This document shows positions 24,030 through 37,960 of a stretch of 64,000 nt of DNA, one piece after another. A program made the translations under genes and the position numbers. The DNA is from Harriotta raleighana. Its lineage: Eukaryota. The stretch's first letter is position 1; every line of letters starts with the position of its first letter. The notes under the pieces are model-generated. The model was not told the DNA's origin. It saw only the letters and a program-made list of their open reading frames with translations, and did not search any database. The DNA is taken from the NCBI GenBank assembly GCA_050575255.1, contig JBNZDD010013730.1, forward strand, positions 5,696,015 to 5,760,014, read 5' to 3'.

Positions 24030-24455
24030 GCTTGTATAAATCATTAGTCAGACTTCAGGTAGAATATTCTGTCCAGTATTGGTCATCCTGCTTTAGGAGT
24101 CAGAGAAGATTAACTGATGATACCGTGGATGAGTGAGGACTGGAGGAACTTTTTTTTCCATTGGAACAAAGAAGGTTGATAGGTATCCAGAGTCTTTTAA
24201 TGAGTGCTTAAAGTTATGAGGTGTTTTGGTAGAGTACATCGGAATAAACTATTTCCATTGGTTAGTGAGTCAGTAACCATATGGCATCAAATTAAATCGT
24301 TGGCAATTGAGCAAATGGGGCAGTTAGGAGAATTTTTTTCACCTACAGAGGAGTTAGGATATGGACATGTAATGGGACTGAAAGGATTACTCTTGAGAGA
24401 GCTGGCATAGCCATAACTGACAGAATGATCTGTGCCGTAAATTTCCATGGTTCAA
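24030..24455 (+). mobile_element. CR1 LINE 3' end with internal deletions
   Basis: KSLVRLQVEYSVQYWS-like and LKVMRCFGRVHRNKLFPLVSES (CR1 ORF2 C-terminus; ORF 24204-24410); tail GAGAGCTGGCATAG...CTGTGCCGTAAATTTCCATG. Confidence 0.8.
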
Positions 24456-27400
24456 ATTGTCTCTTCATCAACTTTAGAATCTAAAAGGATTTCAAAAGAA
24501 ACTGAAGAAGTTCTGGGAAATTAAAGGATTCAGATACATTTAGCGATGAAACAGATATGACAAAGGAATATTTGGGGCAGTCAAATGGATGGACATGATA
24601 TACGAATATCCTACTCCTGCCTGAAACTGTTTTAAAAACAAACTCTCCATTTCAGAGCTATGCATATTCATCAAACTACAAAAAGTGCTTAACCTCACTG
24701 AACAATGCAAAGAGGAAGGGAAGTATGAATAGGGTTTCCCTCTCCATGTTATTCTATGCTGGAATTGATTTTGCTTTGCTTCCAGCAGTACAAATTTTAG
24801 TTTTCCAAACCTTCCTGTGACAAAGGATGAAGTATTCATTGACTTGGCAGTAGAACTAGAAAAATGGGTAATATTAAACAAATACAGTATTGCATCAAAG
24901 CCAGGTGCCAGAACAAGGTGACTGAAAGTGACATTTGTGAATAACACAGTTTATAATCTGTTTCTGACTTTTAAAGGTTCCTAATTTATTTAACCCTATA
25001 ATGCCTTATTTTGAGTTGAGGTGAATGACACAATCTTCAGTTTTATTCCTTTACCTGAGTTTGACAAATTTGAGACGGTAGGTCACCACTCAGAATTAAT
25101 CAATATTTTACAATATTACATACACCCACAGACACACAGAATGAAAACATAAGCCAGAATGCATGTATGACATTATCTATTTAAAATGATTCTTGTTCTT
25201 CTGCTTTTGAACAAAACTCACAATGCAAGTGAAATGCACACGTGAGCAGGTTCGTTTAATAGACACACGAGATTACCAGGCAAAAATCATTCCAAAACTA
25301 CTAATTAGGCAACATTGACATCGTCATGTAATTGGCCCCATTGAAATTTATCCAGCTGAAGGCTATTTCAAAGGTGTTGTCGATTCAGTACAAATAATGG
25401 AAAAGTACGAGTGTATTAAATTTAGAAGTAAAATGATTTAAGCTACTTTGAGATTTAATTAAAAATCAATGTGGACCCTAGGTTATGCCGTGTTAAGTAT
25501 ATATTTATACACATGTCACTGGCCATTTGTGAACCATCTCTTTAAGCTGATAACAATTAATTTCTGTATTTGGAACTAGCACAAAAGAATTCACTTTATA
25601 TAGCTCAAAAGGGTAAAGCCTTTTCTATTAGCAGAGGTAAAAAGGTTAAAGCTTTTTTTATTTGCAGAGTTTATGTGAGGATTCTCCGCAATATTTCATT
25701 TATTTACCATTAATCTACAGTTAGTCACATTTCTTTATGGATAATGAATAAGCAGCTAAAAACTACAAGGCTTTCACTATGATGCTTTCTCATTGCTACA
25801 GCCTCTCATACAATATGCATGGCTTATGGCTCCCTGTCTAAAAGAGAAACCACACAACAAAAAAAAACACTCTACAACATATACATCCCTTGCTGGTAGT
25901 GTGCTTTCTGTATTCCAGCAAAGTGAGCCTCTTAGACAGGATCCAGAGTAATTTATTCCTTCGTTGTTAATAACAATTAGATTTAAGATTTTAAGACATA
26001 GACCTTTTACTTTAACCACTAAACACACTGGTGATGTCAATTATAATATCACTGATATTCCCTATGCTGGTTTGACAAGACATAACACATTACAGCTTTT
26101 AGTAATTACCATGTCAGTGCCACACACACGTACCTGAACATTTGAAATTCCCGAGCCCTGTTCAGGAAAGCATTTGGCTAAACTCCATTCAAAGACTTCT
26201 TTTTCAGCTCAGTCGGCCTCCAAACTGCCATTTTAATTTATGAAATTGTGATGTCTGTTTAATAACACTTTTCTTGCCGGCACTGACACAGTGGCGTCTT
26301 GGAAAGCGATCTGAAGCAGTGCTGTGCAGATTCAGAATGCAGAGCTGAGCAGCCCTTCAGCTTGACTCACAATGCAAGCTCTCGGTGTACTCTGATTAAG
26401 ATGAAAGATGCAATCACATTCTATACATATTCATAATATTTCCCTTTCTCAAAATATTCAGTTGTTGCCCTCGCAAGATGTATGCAATCTCTGGTGTGGG
26501 AACTGCGGCTCTTTGTAGTCACAGTGAGCAATGCAATTCTATTCAGTTTTCACAGAATAGGTGGGAACTAGGTGAATACATACTATTAAATTGCCAAGAC
26601 ATCAGGACAATGACAAGTGTCTTTGTCTGTCACAGAAAATGTAATTAATGATTTCTACCATTTTACTAAGAATAAAGAAGACCAAAAGGAATCTTAACAT
26701 TTGTAAATCAAGTCATGGGAAATTTCCAGATAAACAAGATGCTTCAGCTCTGTGGGGGGGTTTTTTTCCCCTGGAAAAAAAGAGAAGCCTCTGTGTTTTT
26801 GGAGAAGAATGCGACTGATTATTTCCCCCCATCAAAATTATAATAAGAGAAAATTATAGCCGTTATCCTCTGAGACTTTGTTTGACCATCTGCCACCCAC
26901 TGGCTCAAATCAATAATGCCATCACTTTAAACCACTCATCCTTTGCTCCAACAACATAAGTTTGCAAAATCCGGGGTATCTTAACATTTCAACCTCAGCC
27001 CTCCCACTAAAACAAAATAAAGACACCTACAAGATAATGCCCCCCAAAGACCCATTTCCCACAGTCTGTAAAATGCTCTGTTTTTGTTCAGGAATGGTGG
27101 AGAAAGATTGCTGAATGTTAGTTTCACACAAATCCTAAGGTAGTCATTCATTGCATTTTCTCTAGGAATTTATATGTAATCTCTCTTATTGGGAATATGC
27201 TAATGACATCATTTGTGATGACTAACTTTCATTAAATCTTTATTCCACTGTGTGGAAAGCAATCTGAGAGATTTAGCACTTACATCTCACCATCCATCTG
27301 CCTTTTCTTCAGGTCTTTCATACAAATTCAGCAGCAAAGGAATAATAAATTAGATACACATGCTCCAGACCTTAAGAAAAGGAATGAGGTGACAATTGAC

Positions 27401-27989
27401 AAATACATAACTACGTGCTTCTCTCTTCCTCCAGTCCTCCAATGACTTTTATATTATTAATTGATGGTCCCTCATAAAACCCACTCCTAAGTGAAGAGCT
27501 GCCATTATGCGGTAAATGACACAAATGATCTGGTTAAGACTTGCATGAGTAGCTTTTCAAATTTCAACTGAAATAACGCCACAACCAAACAGTTGTGCAT
27601 CAGTTTTGATCTTAAAGGGGCTAACTGCCATCTGTCCAGAAGGAATCGGGAGAAGAAACATTGAAAGGCATTGACTGCATTTCTCATGGTGGATGGCGAG
27701 AGCACCATTTTAAGGAAGTGGGATTTCTATAATGGGGTTAAATGTGTGAGCAATGTACATCATGGGCAAACACAAGTGCACAGATGGAATACAGCTACCA
27801 TTCGTTCGTTTATGGAATTAACAAACAATGAAAATGTTTTATAGGTCATCCTTTCCATTGGTGGTTAATTAAACAAACCAGGGCAACTCTCTGCACATGT
27901 TTAGGCAGGCTGTGAGCCTCATACACCTGTACAAGCCGGCGTCGCTGGTAGCTACTACCCCCCAAAACTCTCAAGTACTCTTTTCTCTA

Positions 27990-28172
27990 ACCCTCTGCCT
28001 CGCCCCTTTCTTCCCTATTTTCAGTTCAAGCCTGAAGACCTTCCTATTCAACCGTGTCTGTGGTGACTTCCCCCTTCCCCGGGCTCAGGGTTGTGCTCCA
28101 CCTCTGCCAAGCCCTCTGGGACGCTATCCTGTATGAGGGGCGCTATATAAATGCAAGTTGTTGCTGCTGTGG
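27990..28172 (+). mobile_element. L2 3' end (second subfamily)
   Basis: LCLAPFFPIFSSSLKTFLFN, then CTGGGACGCTATCCTGTATGAGGGGCGCTATATAAATGCAAGTTGTTGCTG. Confidence 0.8.
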
Positions 28173-29399
28173 TTATGAAACTTTCCCCGTCACTCTGAAA
28201 GCTTGGACACACGACTCGCAAACAGCTGCTCAGGTGCACTCACGTGCATGCAGAGTTGTCATCGCAGGTGCTGTGCATATCTGCCTGCAATGAGACAAGG
28301 ACCGAGTATAGAGCGATGTATGTTTCAGAGGAATCTACCAAGCAAGATAAGAGAAGCAAACTGTCGGGTTATTCAACATGCGGCTTCATGCCGTGCTGGG
28401 GATGTTAATACAGTAAACCGATGAGCTCTAGTGGGTCAAATGACATTTTGTCATTCTTGCTTTCCCTCTGATCTCCACAGCACTGGCAAACCAGTATATC
28501 ACAGAACTGTTTCCACTCGATGCAGATCTGTAATTTCAATCTGCCACGAGGCTCACTTTGCTTTGTCATCGTCGCTCTACACCGTGATATCACTGGCTAC
28601 TTGTTGGGACGTTTAAGGAATTGACTAACAATTTGAAGGAACATTTCAACGGTGGCAGATTACTTGCAGCCCAAACTGTTGATAAATATCCAAAATAATA
28701 TTTCCCCTGCAGTGAGGTGACCTAGCTTTTTTTTTTAATCATGCTATGATTATACCGGCAGTTTGACACCAAATATTTACCTACTGCTGCATAGATTCAA
28801 CACCAGACTGATGGTAATAATAGGGTATCTTAATTACTCTAGTTGACTCGGTATTTCATTGTTGTCACNAGAAAAAGCCCCCCGTGTGGCCTGAGGTAAA
28901 AACTTCCCCCCCCCCCCCCCCACAGTGTGTTAGCTCCTGGATAATAACTGATGCCAACATAATGTGGACGTTCATTCAGCCTAAACACCAGTCCACGTCC
29001 ACACCAAACCAAGTCCGGTTATCTGACATTAGTAATAATAATAATAATACTTTAATGAGGTTGATGTGTGCTCAGCCTGAGCTCAGGCAACTGAATGCGG
29101 ACCTCTCTGGTTCTGTTCAAAACCGAGTCCTCTACCTGTGAGACCACACTACCTCTAATGCCCCGTCAACCTGAAATTGTTTTCAGTAGCAAAGCAAAGT
29201 CTTCTATTTAATTTCCCCACTAAAGCTGTATTCAACTCCAGCAGAAAAAAGTTCAGCAGACAAGCAACTAAGTGGAAGGGCAGAGTTCCTTTTATGCTTA
29301 CAGAAAGCAATTAATTCAATTTTGAATGTTGGTAAAGACTTGGCCTTGTCACCAGCTCCTCAATAACATGATAAAGCTTAGTCTTCAATCAATATCCCA

Positions 29400-29605
29400 C
29401 AAATCTCTGGAACTCTCTGCCTCTATACCTCTGCCTTCCTCACTCTCTACCTGTCTTTAAATTCCACATCACAACCTATTTCTTCAACTCTGCAGCGAGG
29501 TGACCTAGCAGTCACCCCCTGCTTCTCCCTTGCTCGACGTCTGAGTGCACCCACCGTGAAGCGCTCCGAGCCATTATCCCATGTGAATCGCACAATATAA
29601 GTGCA
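29400..29605 (+). mobile_element. Older L2 3' end
   Basis: CTCTGGAACTCTCTGCCT...CTTTAAATTCCACATCACAACCTATTTCTTC...GTGAAGCGCTCCGAG...AATATAAGTGCAA. Confidence 0.65.
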
Positions 29606-29649
29606 ATGTGTGACTCTATTGGTTTCTCATCACCCAGAGGATTCAATAA

Positions 29650-30056
29650 AAAATCCTCACATTTAAAGCCATCCATGGCCTTGCCCCACCCTACCTCTGC
29701 AACCTCCTAACCACCTACCAACCTGCCCACTCCAACTGCTCTGTGGGCTCCGGCCTGCTCCGTGTTCCCCGACCCACCCACCCTATCATCAGCGGGCACC
29801 CCATCATTCAGCCACTCTGTCCCCAACCTTTGGAAATCTGCAATCTCTCCACCTCACCCCCTCCCCAACCCTTCTTCAAGTCCCACCTCAAGACCCTCCT
29901 CTTCAACGGTCCCATCAGTCACCCCAAATCCCCTCCTTTCCCTCCACTCTCTCCGATCCCGACCCCAGCTCAAGTCTGAAACACTGACAGGTCAGCGCAT
30001 TGGGATGTCTTCTCGACATGAAAGGTGCTACACAAATATAATTTTGTTGTTGTTGA
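29650..30056 (+). mobile_element. L2 ORF2 C-terminus and 3'UTR
   Basis: TFKAIHGLAPPYLCNLL...GSGLLRVPRP...FKSHLKTLLFN; tail TTTTGTTGTTGTTG. Confidence 0.9.
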
Positions 30057-33000
30057 GTAGAAAGCTGTTTCCCTAGCAAAAGCATAAGGTGCCATGGATT
30101 CCAGACTCCAAATCATACAATTTACATTGTAACTTTTAATCAAGTGGAATTAATACAACATAGGGTGTGATATGTTTCGGTGTCATTACATTTACCTGGG
30201 GTTAGTGTAATTATTCTACAGCAATACCGTGAATTTACTGATATCCCTTAACCAACACAACACTGCTTGAGAAAAATGACTTAATTACATCATTCATTTA
30301 TCCCATTTCCAATCTGAAACCATCAGCAGACCTTTTCATCAGCAAAGAAATGCAATCTCTATATTCCATTCACTCTAGTGCTAAGTAGCGCACGACAATG
30401 GAAGTTGGGAGACAGAACAGAATCATCTTGTGGAATGGAGAATAAATACCTTTCTTCGGAGGCTGTTTTTTTTTTGAATGTCATGATTACAGGCCCCGAT
30501 CGTGTTATTCACACCAGTGCTGACAGAGCAGGCCATCACACGGGATAACCAATCAACCTCAAGCCTCCAGTTTCAAATTGTAAACTTCATTTCCCGCCAG
30601 ACCTAAAGTGGCAGCCATTATTGACTGGGGTTTTAATTTCGCTTTGATAATATGGGCCTCTTTTCAGACTCAATAGTAAAGCTTAGACGTGAATAGCAAT
30701 GACCTCCAGTGGAAGAGCACAGCTGACCAGACCAAGTGCTTTCCCTGCCCTGAAACAGCATCCGCTCCTCCATCTCCCACTGTTCCCACCAGCATTCAAG
30801 AGACATTTCTCCGAGACCTTTAATAAGAAGCCTTTGCCTATCACTTCTGGCTCCACCCTCTCCCAACTGAAGCAGACGACCACTGCTACAGATAACACCC
30901 TGAAAGAAAAGTGCCTAAAAGGTAATTAGCAGCCTTACGTCAGATATATAAAATTATTGTCAGCTATTAACAGAACAGGGCAGGCAGAAAGAGAAAAATT
31001 ATACCAAAGCTTTCTACTTTGTTTCAGAGATGATCGAATGACCAGAAGATTCAGAATTACTTATTACTGTAGCTAAAAATTTTGAGTCATAAATTCAAAG
31101 AATGGATGTGTATTACGCAAGTTCGCCAAACTAATTTTAATATCTATTTTCAAATGATGCAATGCGATCAGAAAGACAATTAACTCACTTACAGGCAAAT
31201 AAAAATCTTAACATTTGCCAAGGGATTAGGTAAAATGGCACAAAATGCTTCAAAATCATTCATTTAATCAACAAGTTATTACATGAAAATTACAGTTCTA
31301 TAGTAGTCATTTACACCCACACAAAAACTAACAATTAAGGAGAAATATTTCAGCTTCAGTGTAATTTTTGAGATGGTATTCAGTGTTAAGTCATTGAAAA
31401 GAGTTTTTGCATGAAGAAAGAAAATCTTAGTCATGTGGATTTATTAACACCACTTTCGGTGAGCTTTATTATTCCTTGATGTGTTTAAAGTTAACCAGAT
31501 ATTCAGTGCTGTGAGGAAAAGGTGAGGGAGGAAAAAGAAATGTGGGCCTCAAACCAAGCTCTCTGAATAATTTTTCAAATTATTGCTGTGTGTGTTTTAT
31601 TGCCGCAAGAAGGGATAAATCTTAACACAGTTCGGTATAGTGTACATAAAATACACCAGAAATCCAAATTGCCCAAGGCTAGTACATTTTCATACAATCC
31701 TGGTGCTGTTTCATGCTGTTGCCTGCACGCTGGTATAAATCATTTGTGTACGTGTGTATGGTTGCTGTGAGGGGTGGTGGTGGGGGGCTCATATCTCTTG
31801 GTTTCTAAAGGAACACTTCTCGAATTTTCTCCATGAATTCTGTGTGCTTTTTTTTCCCACCCAGTTACAATGAAAGAAACTGACATTATAAAATTGGCCT
31901 CACCAAATAATTTACAGGAAGTAAAAACACATAACTAAACATCCACGGCATCTCAATCTGTATCGGAAAAAGAGAGAAAGTGGGGAACAAAGTCATTACG
32001 TCTCTAACGTCTGAAACCCAAACCATCAAACAAGGATTTTTTTCTTTTCAATCGTAGCTCAATTGACTGTAAATTATTACTATTATTATTATAATTTCCA
32101 GCGCATTTGGGTATTTTGGTTTCATATTTGGAGCATTTCTTACCATCTAACAATAAGCTGCAAACAAACCAGCTTGCGCTGTGGTGCTTGAAGGGTTAAA
32201 TTGAACTGAAATCCATGGGGCTGGTTCTCTTTGAATGCACAATGATTAATCCTTGCTTTGAAATAGCTTCTATAACACTGAAAGACACAAAGCACTTCAT
32301 GGGGAGTTGCTGCCAAGTGTAGTGACTGCATATTTGGAGATTACAAGCTATTTGGTGAGCTATAGCCTTGGAAGGTCAGCAAATGTTATTTAGTCAAGAC
32401 AATTAAAATATATATACACTATCTATATGCATGAGTTTTTAAGTCTTCTCAACAGGTAATGTATATGTGTATTAAAAAGTGTTGTGAGCATTTTGACATC
32501 ATGGGAAATTATTGTGCTGGTATTATTTGGTCACCAAGTGCTGAAATACTCAATTTTCTAAATACTTTAGAAAATTTGATTTGTGGTTGCAAAATTCTTA
32601 AGCACAATCCGGTAAAGGAAACTCTCAGCACTCTTATTTAGTCAACGCTTTTCAAACTGTAAAATTTAAGTATTAACACCAGCTGCACGTTAAAAAAGAA
32701 ATTGCCCATCTCCCAATGGTTCCTCCCTTCTCTCTCCCCCCCCCCCCCCCCTCTCACCCCACGTGAAAAGAAATGTTAACGTAGGAGGTGCCACCTTCAG
32801 CCAGCTGGATGTCACAAAGCCTAAGATGATGAGGTGCTAATTGCTAGGTGATGAGCAGGGCTTCACAGTGAAAACTTGTCTTCTGGCCTCCATTGAATTC
32901 TTGCCACCAAGGGTTCATGCTTATCTCCCAATGCACATTTGGCATTGGCCACATAATGTTGGTGTGAAAAATCACTGCTCTGTCACCTTTATCTCTGACC

Positions 33001-33289
33001 ATATGTCCACTTCCATACACCGCTCCTCCCATGGATTTGCAATGAAGTTTAAATCCTCAATTAACATTTTTATAGGTTATTCTGCTTTTTTTTAAAAAAA
33101 GCAGTAAAACAGATTACTGGTATCATTGGCAGCTCCTTGTACAAGATTACATTTTACATATTCATTCAAAGCAGTCCAGGTCTCCCATAAATGGACTTCA
33201 GCAAATGCCTGCCTACAAGTCAAGAAAGTTTTCTATTTTATGATAAAATCACTCAAGCTGCTGAATGTTTAGCCCACAAAATACAGTCA

Positions 33290-33380
33290 ATTCACTTTAC
33301 AATATATTCAGTGAAATGCTTTCAGATGTCTCAACGATGCGATAAGGTACTATATCAAATGAAAGGATTATTATTATCAT
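33290..33380 (+). mobile_element. SINE 3' tail, (ATT)n subfamily
   Basis: TTCACTTTACAATATATTCAGTGAAATGCTTTCAGATGTCTC...GATAAGGTACTATATCAAATGAAAGGATTATTATT. Confidence 0.7.
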
Positions 33381-33569
33381 TAATGTGGAAAAGAAGCTCA
33401 AGTCAGCTCTCGCTGAAAGTCTTTCATAGAACGGCTCCTGCAATAGTGTGTTTCTGGGTTGAATTTTTGCAATTTTTCCTTTCTGATGATATTGCACCAG
33501 CAGCGGCATTTTCTTACAAAGAGTACAATCGCAGGTTTTGTTTGATTCTTTTATTAAATTGATTCAGTC

Positions 33570-33915
33570 TAGCTTCTCCTCCATCCTCTCCACTAGCCAT
33601 GTACTCATCTGGAGGAGATGACAGTTCTGTGGGTCTTTTTCAGTATGTCACCTGTGTGCTCAATTGGAAACCCTGGGCATTGAATGTTTACAGCTATTTG
33701 ACCATGGGGGATGATGAATTGAGCTCAAATCAACTTCCATATTCACAAACTTGCCAGCACAGCTCACTTGACTGATCAGTAGCGGGAACTTCGGTTGATA
33801 TTTTTACCCCCTGCTAAGGGGCACCAAGGCCAAGTCCTACCCTCACTGCGATCAGCTAATTCAGCACAAACCAGGGATCAAACTCTTGTGATCCTGCAAA
33901 TCCATCCCTCCCACC
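33570..33915 (-). mobile_element. AmnSINE2-like SINE
   Basis: GATCAGTAGCGGGAACTTCGGTTGATATTTT...AGGGGCACCAAGGCCAA...GATCAGCTAATTCAGCACAAACCAGGGATCAAAC. Confidence 0.65.
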
Positions 33916-34289
33916 ATCATTATTTATCAGGCTGTCATTTACAAACACTACACTACAAGGCTAGCAGATGTCAGCTCCGATCCGTTCACTGTGTGCCTCA
34001 TTCCCTGTGACTCAACCCTTTTTAATGCCACAGTATAACAAGGACATGGTGTATTCATCGGCAGGAATTGGATAGAGGCTTGGGTGATAGTTGAATAAAG
34101 GTGGCCTCATTAGACAATGGTAGTGGTAGAAACAATTTGAGAATACAATTTGTATTCTCTTTCCTTTTCTCCCGACGAGAAAAGCTGCTCTTTAAATGTA
34201 ATTTTGTTGTTGTTGTTTTCTAGAAATGGATAGTAAGCGTTTGAATTTGAGTTGCCACAGCAGCAATTGTATTTTATAATTTATCCTCT

Positions 34290-34685
34290 ACCAATTTTCT
34301 CTCCTTCCCTGAATGACCTACTCTAATTAAAGTGTTCTACTCCACAAGCGATAGACACCCTCAACCCCCACTTAGTTGGCACGGTACACATTTGTGGCTA
34401 GACAACAAGTACTAGGCTTGATCACAAGAGATAACATGGCTGAGCCTAATATTCTCACCTCATGTTCCGACACTTAAGTTTCCATCAAGGGGTTGCCTAT
34501 AGGGATCAATAAGACAAATACAATTCAAGGTCCCTAACCCAGGGGAATGCAGGACAATTGGAGACTATGTACACCTTCCACTGTTGAGATCAGCAAACTA
34601 CCTAAGGATCTAGAAATTGAGGCTAGTATTTTCAGAATCTATATGATAGTTTTGCACAAGATGATTCCTTTACCAACTATGCCTT
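34290..34685 (-). mobile_element. AmnSINE2-like SINE, near full length, highly diverged
   Basis: CCAATTTTCTCTCCTTCCCTGAA...GGCTAGACA...GCTGAGCCTAAT...CCCTAACCCAGGGG...GAGATCAGC...TTTACCAACTATGCC. Confidence 0.55.
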
Positions 34686-35489
34686 TATAATAATATAAGC
34701 CTTGCAATTGATACACCACTCATCATATCAAAACATCGCAAAGAGCATCCCAGGGGATCCTGCCAAGCGAAGTGACGGTATATTTGAAGGTGAATGTGGC
34801 CACCACTTTGTGCACATCAGTGTCCTACATCAGTGTCAGCCAGGAAACTTCCTCCTCTTTTCAAATAATGTCTTTAAGAGAAAGCCAGACTTTTTTTTTG
34901 ATGCACAATAGATTTAGACAGAAATTATATTCTTAGATAGTCTATAACCATCATGATATTGCAGAATTCAATTAATCCTGACATTTTCCAGAAAACTTAA
35001 TTTTTGGTCCAGGTAAAAGACAATTTATTCCATTAATATTGTATTAACATTTTTCCTGATGATATATCACAGTTATCACGAATATGAAAGTTTATGATTA
35101 CTACACTAATGAAAAACAGATTAGAATTGCCATGGGTTTTAGAGATCACTGTACATCATAATATTCTGTTATCCCACCTATTACTTTTCCACAGAGAAAG
35201 TAACTGTCATTTCATGCTTTGTGTTTATTGTGTTAATTTGTCAGACCCAAAGCATCCTTAGAATTAAGATGGGACTTCACTTATTCCATTTAACAGGGTT
35301 GGTTCATTTTTCAATCAGCAGCAATTAATTTGTTCCTTTTCGAAACAAACTTCAATTTCAGCAATTTAACATGCAATAACTGTGGAGGAGAATGGGAGAA
35401 TACTTGGGAGATCAAACTTACTTTGTACTTCGTCGCTCTGCATTTTAGGAAAATATCTTCCATAAATATTACTTTTTTCTGAGCCCTTT

Positions 35490-35735
35490 CATTCCTTCCC
35501 CCAAGCTTCTCATGAAGGCTACGATTCCTCTTGTATCTTGCACAAGTCACAAGTCATTCTTCACATGTAAACCCTGACAATGGATGTTAGCAAGAGATTG
35601 TAACTGTGTGAGTGGAGGAACATTGAGGTTAAGTACATTCCAGGACTCACTCAAGTCTCATATCTGGACTATCCAGAAAAGATCATTTGTCTCAGCACAG
35701 AACAGTGATCAAAGCCAGGACCTTCTCTGCTTCAC
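35490..35735 (-). mobile_element. AmnSINE2-like SINE fragments
   Basis: AAGTCATTCTTCACATGTAAACCCTGACA and CTCAGCACAGAACAGTGATCAAAGCCAGGACCTTC. Confidence 0.45.
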
Positions 35736-35988
35736 TTCTAAATCAGGAGGTGTGACTTAAACAAAAATAAATGATCAGCCATCACATTTCTGTCAAAAAT
35801 GCTCAGATCAGTTTATCGTGGAGTTTGCACAAACATCACACAGCAATATTTAGTTTGACCCTGTGTTTTCACACCATCAGCATGTGCTGGTTGCATCTAT
35901 ACACCACTCAAACAATAATGGGGACACAGCAGTCCCACTTACTTATTACTCAAAAGGACAGATGGTCAAAGGATAGATTACAGATGTA

Positions 35989-36688
35989 CAGTAAAACCCC
36001 GTTTATCCGGCACCCACGGGACCTGGCCAGTGACGGTTAAACGGTTTTCTGGTTAAAAGGACAAAAACATTTTTGGAAAAATTATCTTTTTTAAATGAAA
36101 ATTATTTTAATAACAGTAATAACAGATTACCAGCTCCCACTCTGTGCAAACACAGGAAGCTGCCGTCCGCACGCCACTAACTCTCAGCGAGGGGAAGGCA
36201 CAGTCGATTACTGTGAAGCTTTCTTGCGAGGTATTTTGAATTGATTGAATAGGCTGGACTTGCAGAGAGAGAGTGAGAGTACACACACCCACACACACAT
36301 GCACATGTAAATGTTGAACAATACGATATAAATAATAGACTAAATATACTAATAATAGATACTATACTAACAGAATATTGTATTAGTCCTTTATTATTTA
36401 TATTTAACTTCTACAATGGCTGCTAAAGGAGGAAAGAAAATGGGACTTTTTAAAAAAAAACGGAAGTATCGCGAGTTTTTTTAAAAAACGTCAGAAGCCC
36501 GACTTTAGGCTCGACTAGCGGCCGCTGATATAACTGCACCAGTACTCGCACGTGACAATCCATTCATAAATGCGTCTTCACTATTCTGCTGGATAACTTC
36601 CGGTTAATAGAATCGGGACTTTTTTTTTGAGATAGCGGTTGAACGGGTTTTCCGGTTCATCGACTCACGGATAAACAAGGTTTTACTG
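35989..36688. mobile_element. 700-bp non-autonomous Tigger/pogo (Tc1-mariner superfamily) element
   Basis: TIRs CAGTAAAACCCCGTTTATCCG and CGGATAAACAAGGTTTTACTG (19/21 match); TA duplication at 35987-88 and 36689-90; no transposase ORF. Confidence 0.9.
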
Positions 36689-37889
36689 TATACAGTTCCT
36701 CACAGGTGTCGAGGCTGAATCGCATACATCCTGAAATGGCATTTATCTTGGGATTGCACACATGTCTGGAACTCACCTCCAACCATTCATTATTCTACAT
36801 TTATCGTTTGGTCCCAAATAGTTTGGGAGTATTCAGGAAGCTGAATATATTCCATGCAGGAATTCGGGCTACAGATCACAATGAATGACCCGCTGAGGAA
36901 GATTTGCCAGAAACAGATTGTTGCATGTTACGTTCCGTGTGGCCAAACATTCTGTAACATTCTTGACATCCTTCTTTATTTACAGTTTTTTTGTTAGTAC
37001 GTCAGCCAGTTAAAAAGCATCTTCTACTTACGTTTCAGACAGGAGAGACATGCTTGAGTATATTTTAATCACTGAGAAAACAGAGCTTGAGGAAACAGTC
37101 TCTGCATCTGCAGTCGAATGTGAAAAAAAATATTTTTTTCCAGAAGAACCAGTTAATATAACAAGAGGTCAGACCGAGGGAAAGGTTCAACAGACGCCCA
37201 GATGGGTGTTAGTCAGTTTTATTCAGATCAGTCATAGGCTTTATGTTCAATACATTAGAGTCAAAGTAGTGATTTTACTAGGTCACCTGATACCAGGGCT
37301 TGCTGAATGCAAGCTTTACAATCCAAATGACATAATGCAGGCTGGTTTGCGGAGTTAGGTAAGTAAAGATCAACTGTATCTGGAAGCAGTAAACCTTGGT
37401 ATTAGCCCATGTACAATCTGGAAGGATTTACATTTAATACACTATATCTTTGTTCTCTCGAAACATTGAGAGAATTTTGTGAATGCAAATTCCCATGTTA
37501 TAAATAAGGTTTTCGGAAATAACAACATCACGCTTTATACATTTGCTTCATTTTGACTGTACTCAGAGACAAGACACATATTTAAAAAGGGAGAGAGGTG
37601 GTGTTCTGTTCAGCCACAAATGAGTTTGGGCAGTTTGAACCTTGTCCCCAATGGACACAAGTCCATTGAATAAATCAACCTGTTGCTCAGCACAAATTAC
37701 CATTTACAAGCAGTGACATGACACCGAGAGAGAAAGGGGATAGTGCTGCATTAGGGTTCCTCTTTTGAATACAGGCTGAAAGTACAGGGTTGTGGGACAC
37801 TACAACAGGCTTCACTCTACATTTCAGGCATGTGCTAAATCTGAGGTGGGAATACTGGTATTTGAAATTGATGCTTGGTACATTTTATA

Positions 37890-37960
37890 TGAGAGTGGGA
37901 TGAAAATGTCTCAGAGAGCTGGCTAATGTATGATGGGCTAAATGACCTTCTGTAATGTAA
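37890..37960 (+). mobile_element. CR1 3' tail remnant
   Basis: AGAGAGCTGGCTAATGTATGATGGGCTAAATGACCTTCTGTAATG. Confidence 0.5.

Noticed and set aside
37050-37358. 102-aa plus-strand ATG ORF followed by GTAAGT
   Set aside because: No recognisable homology; the stop precedes the donor; insufficient support.
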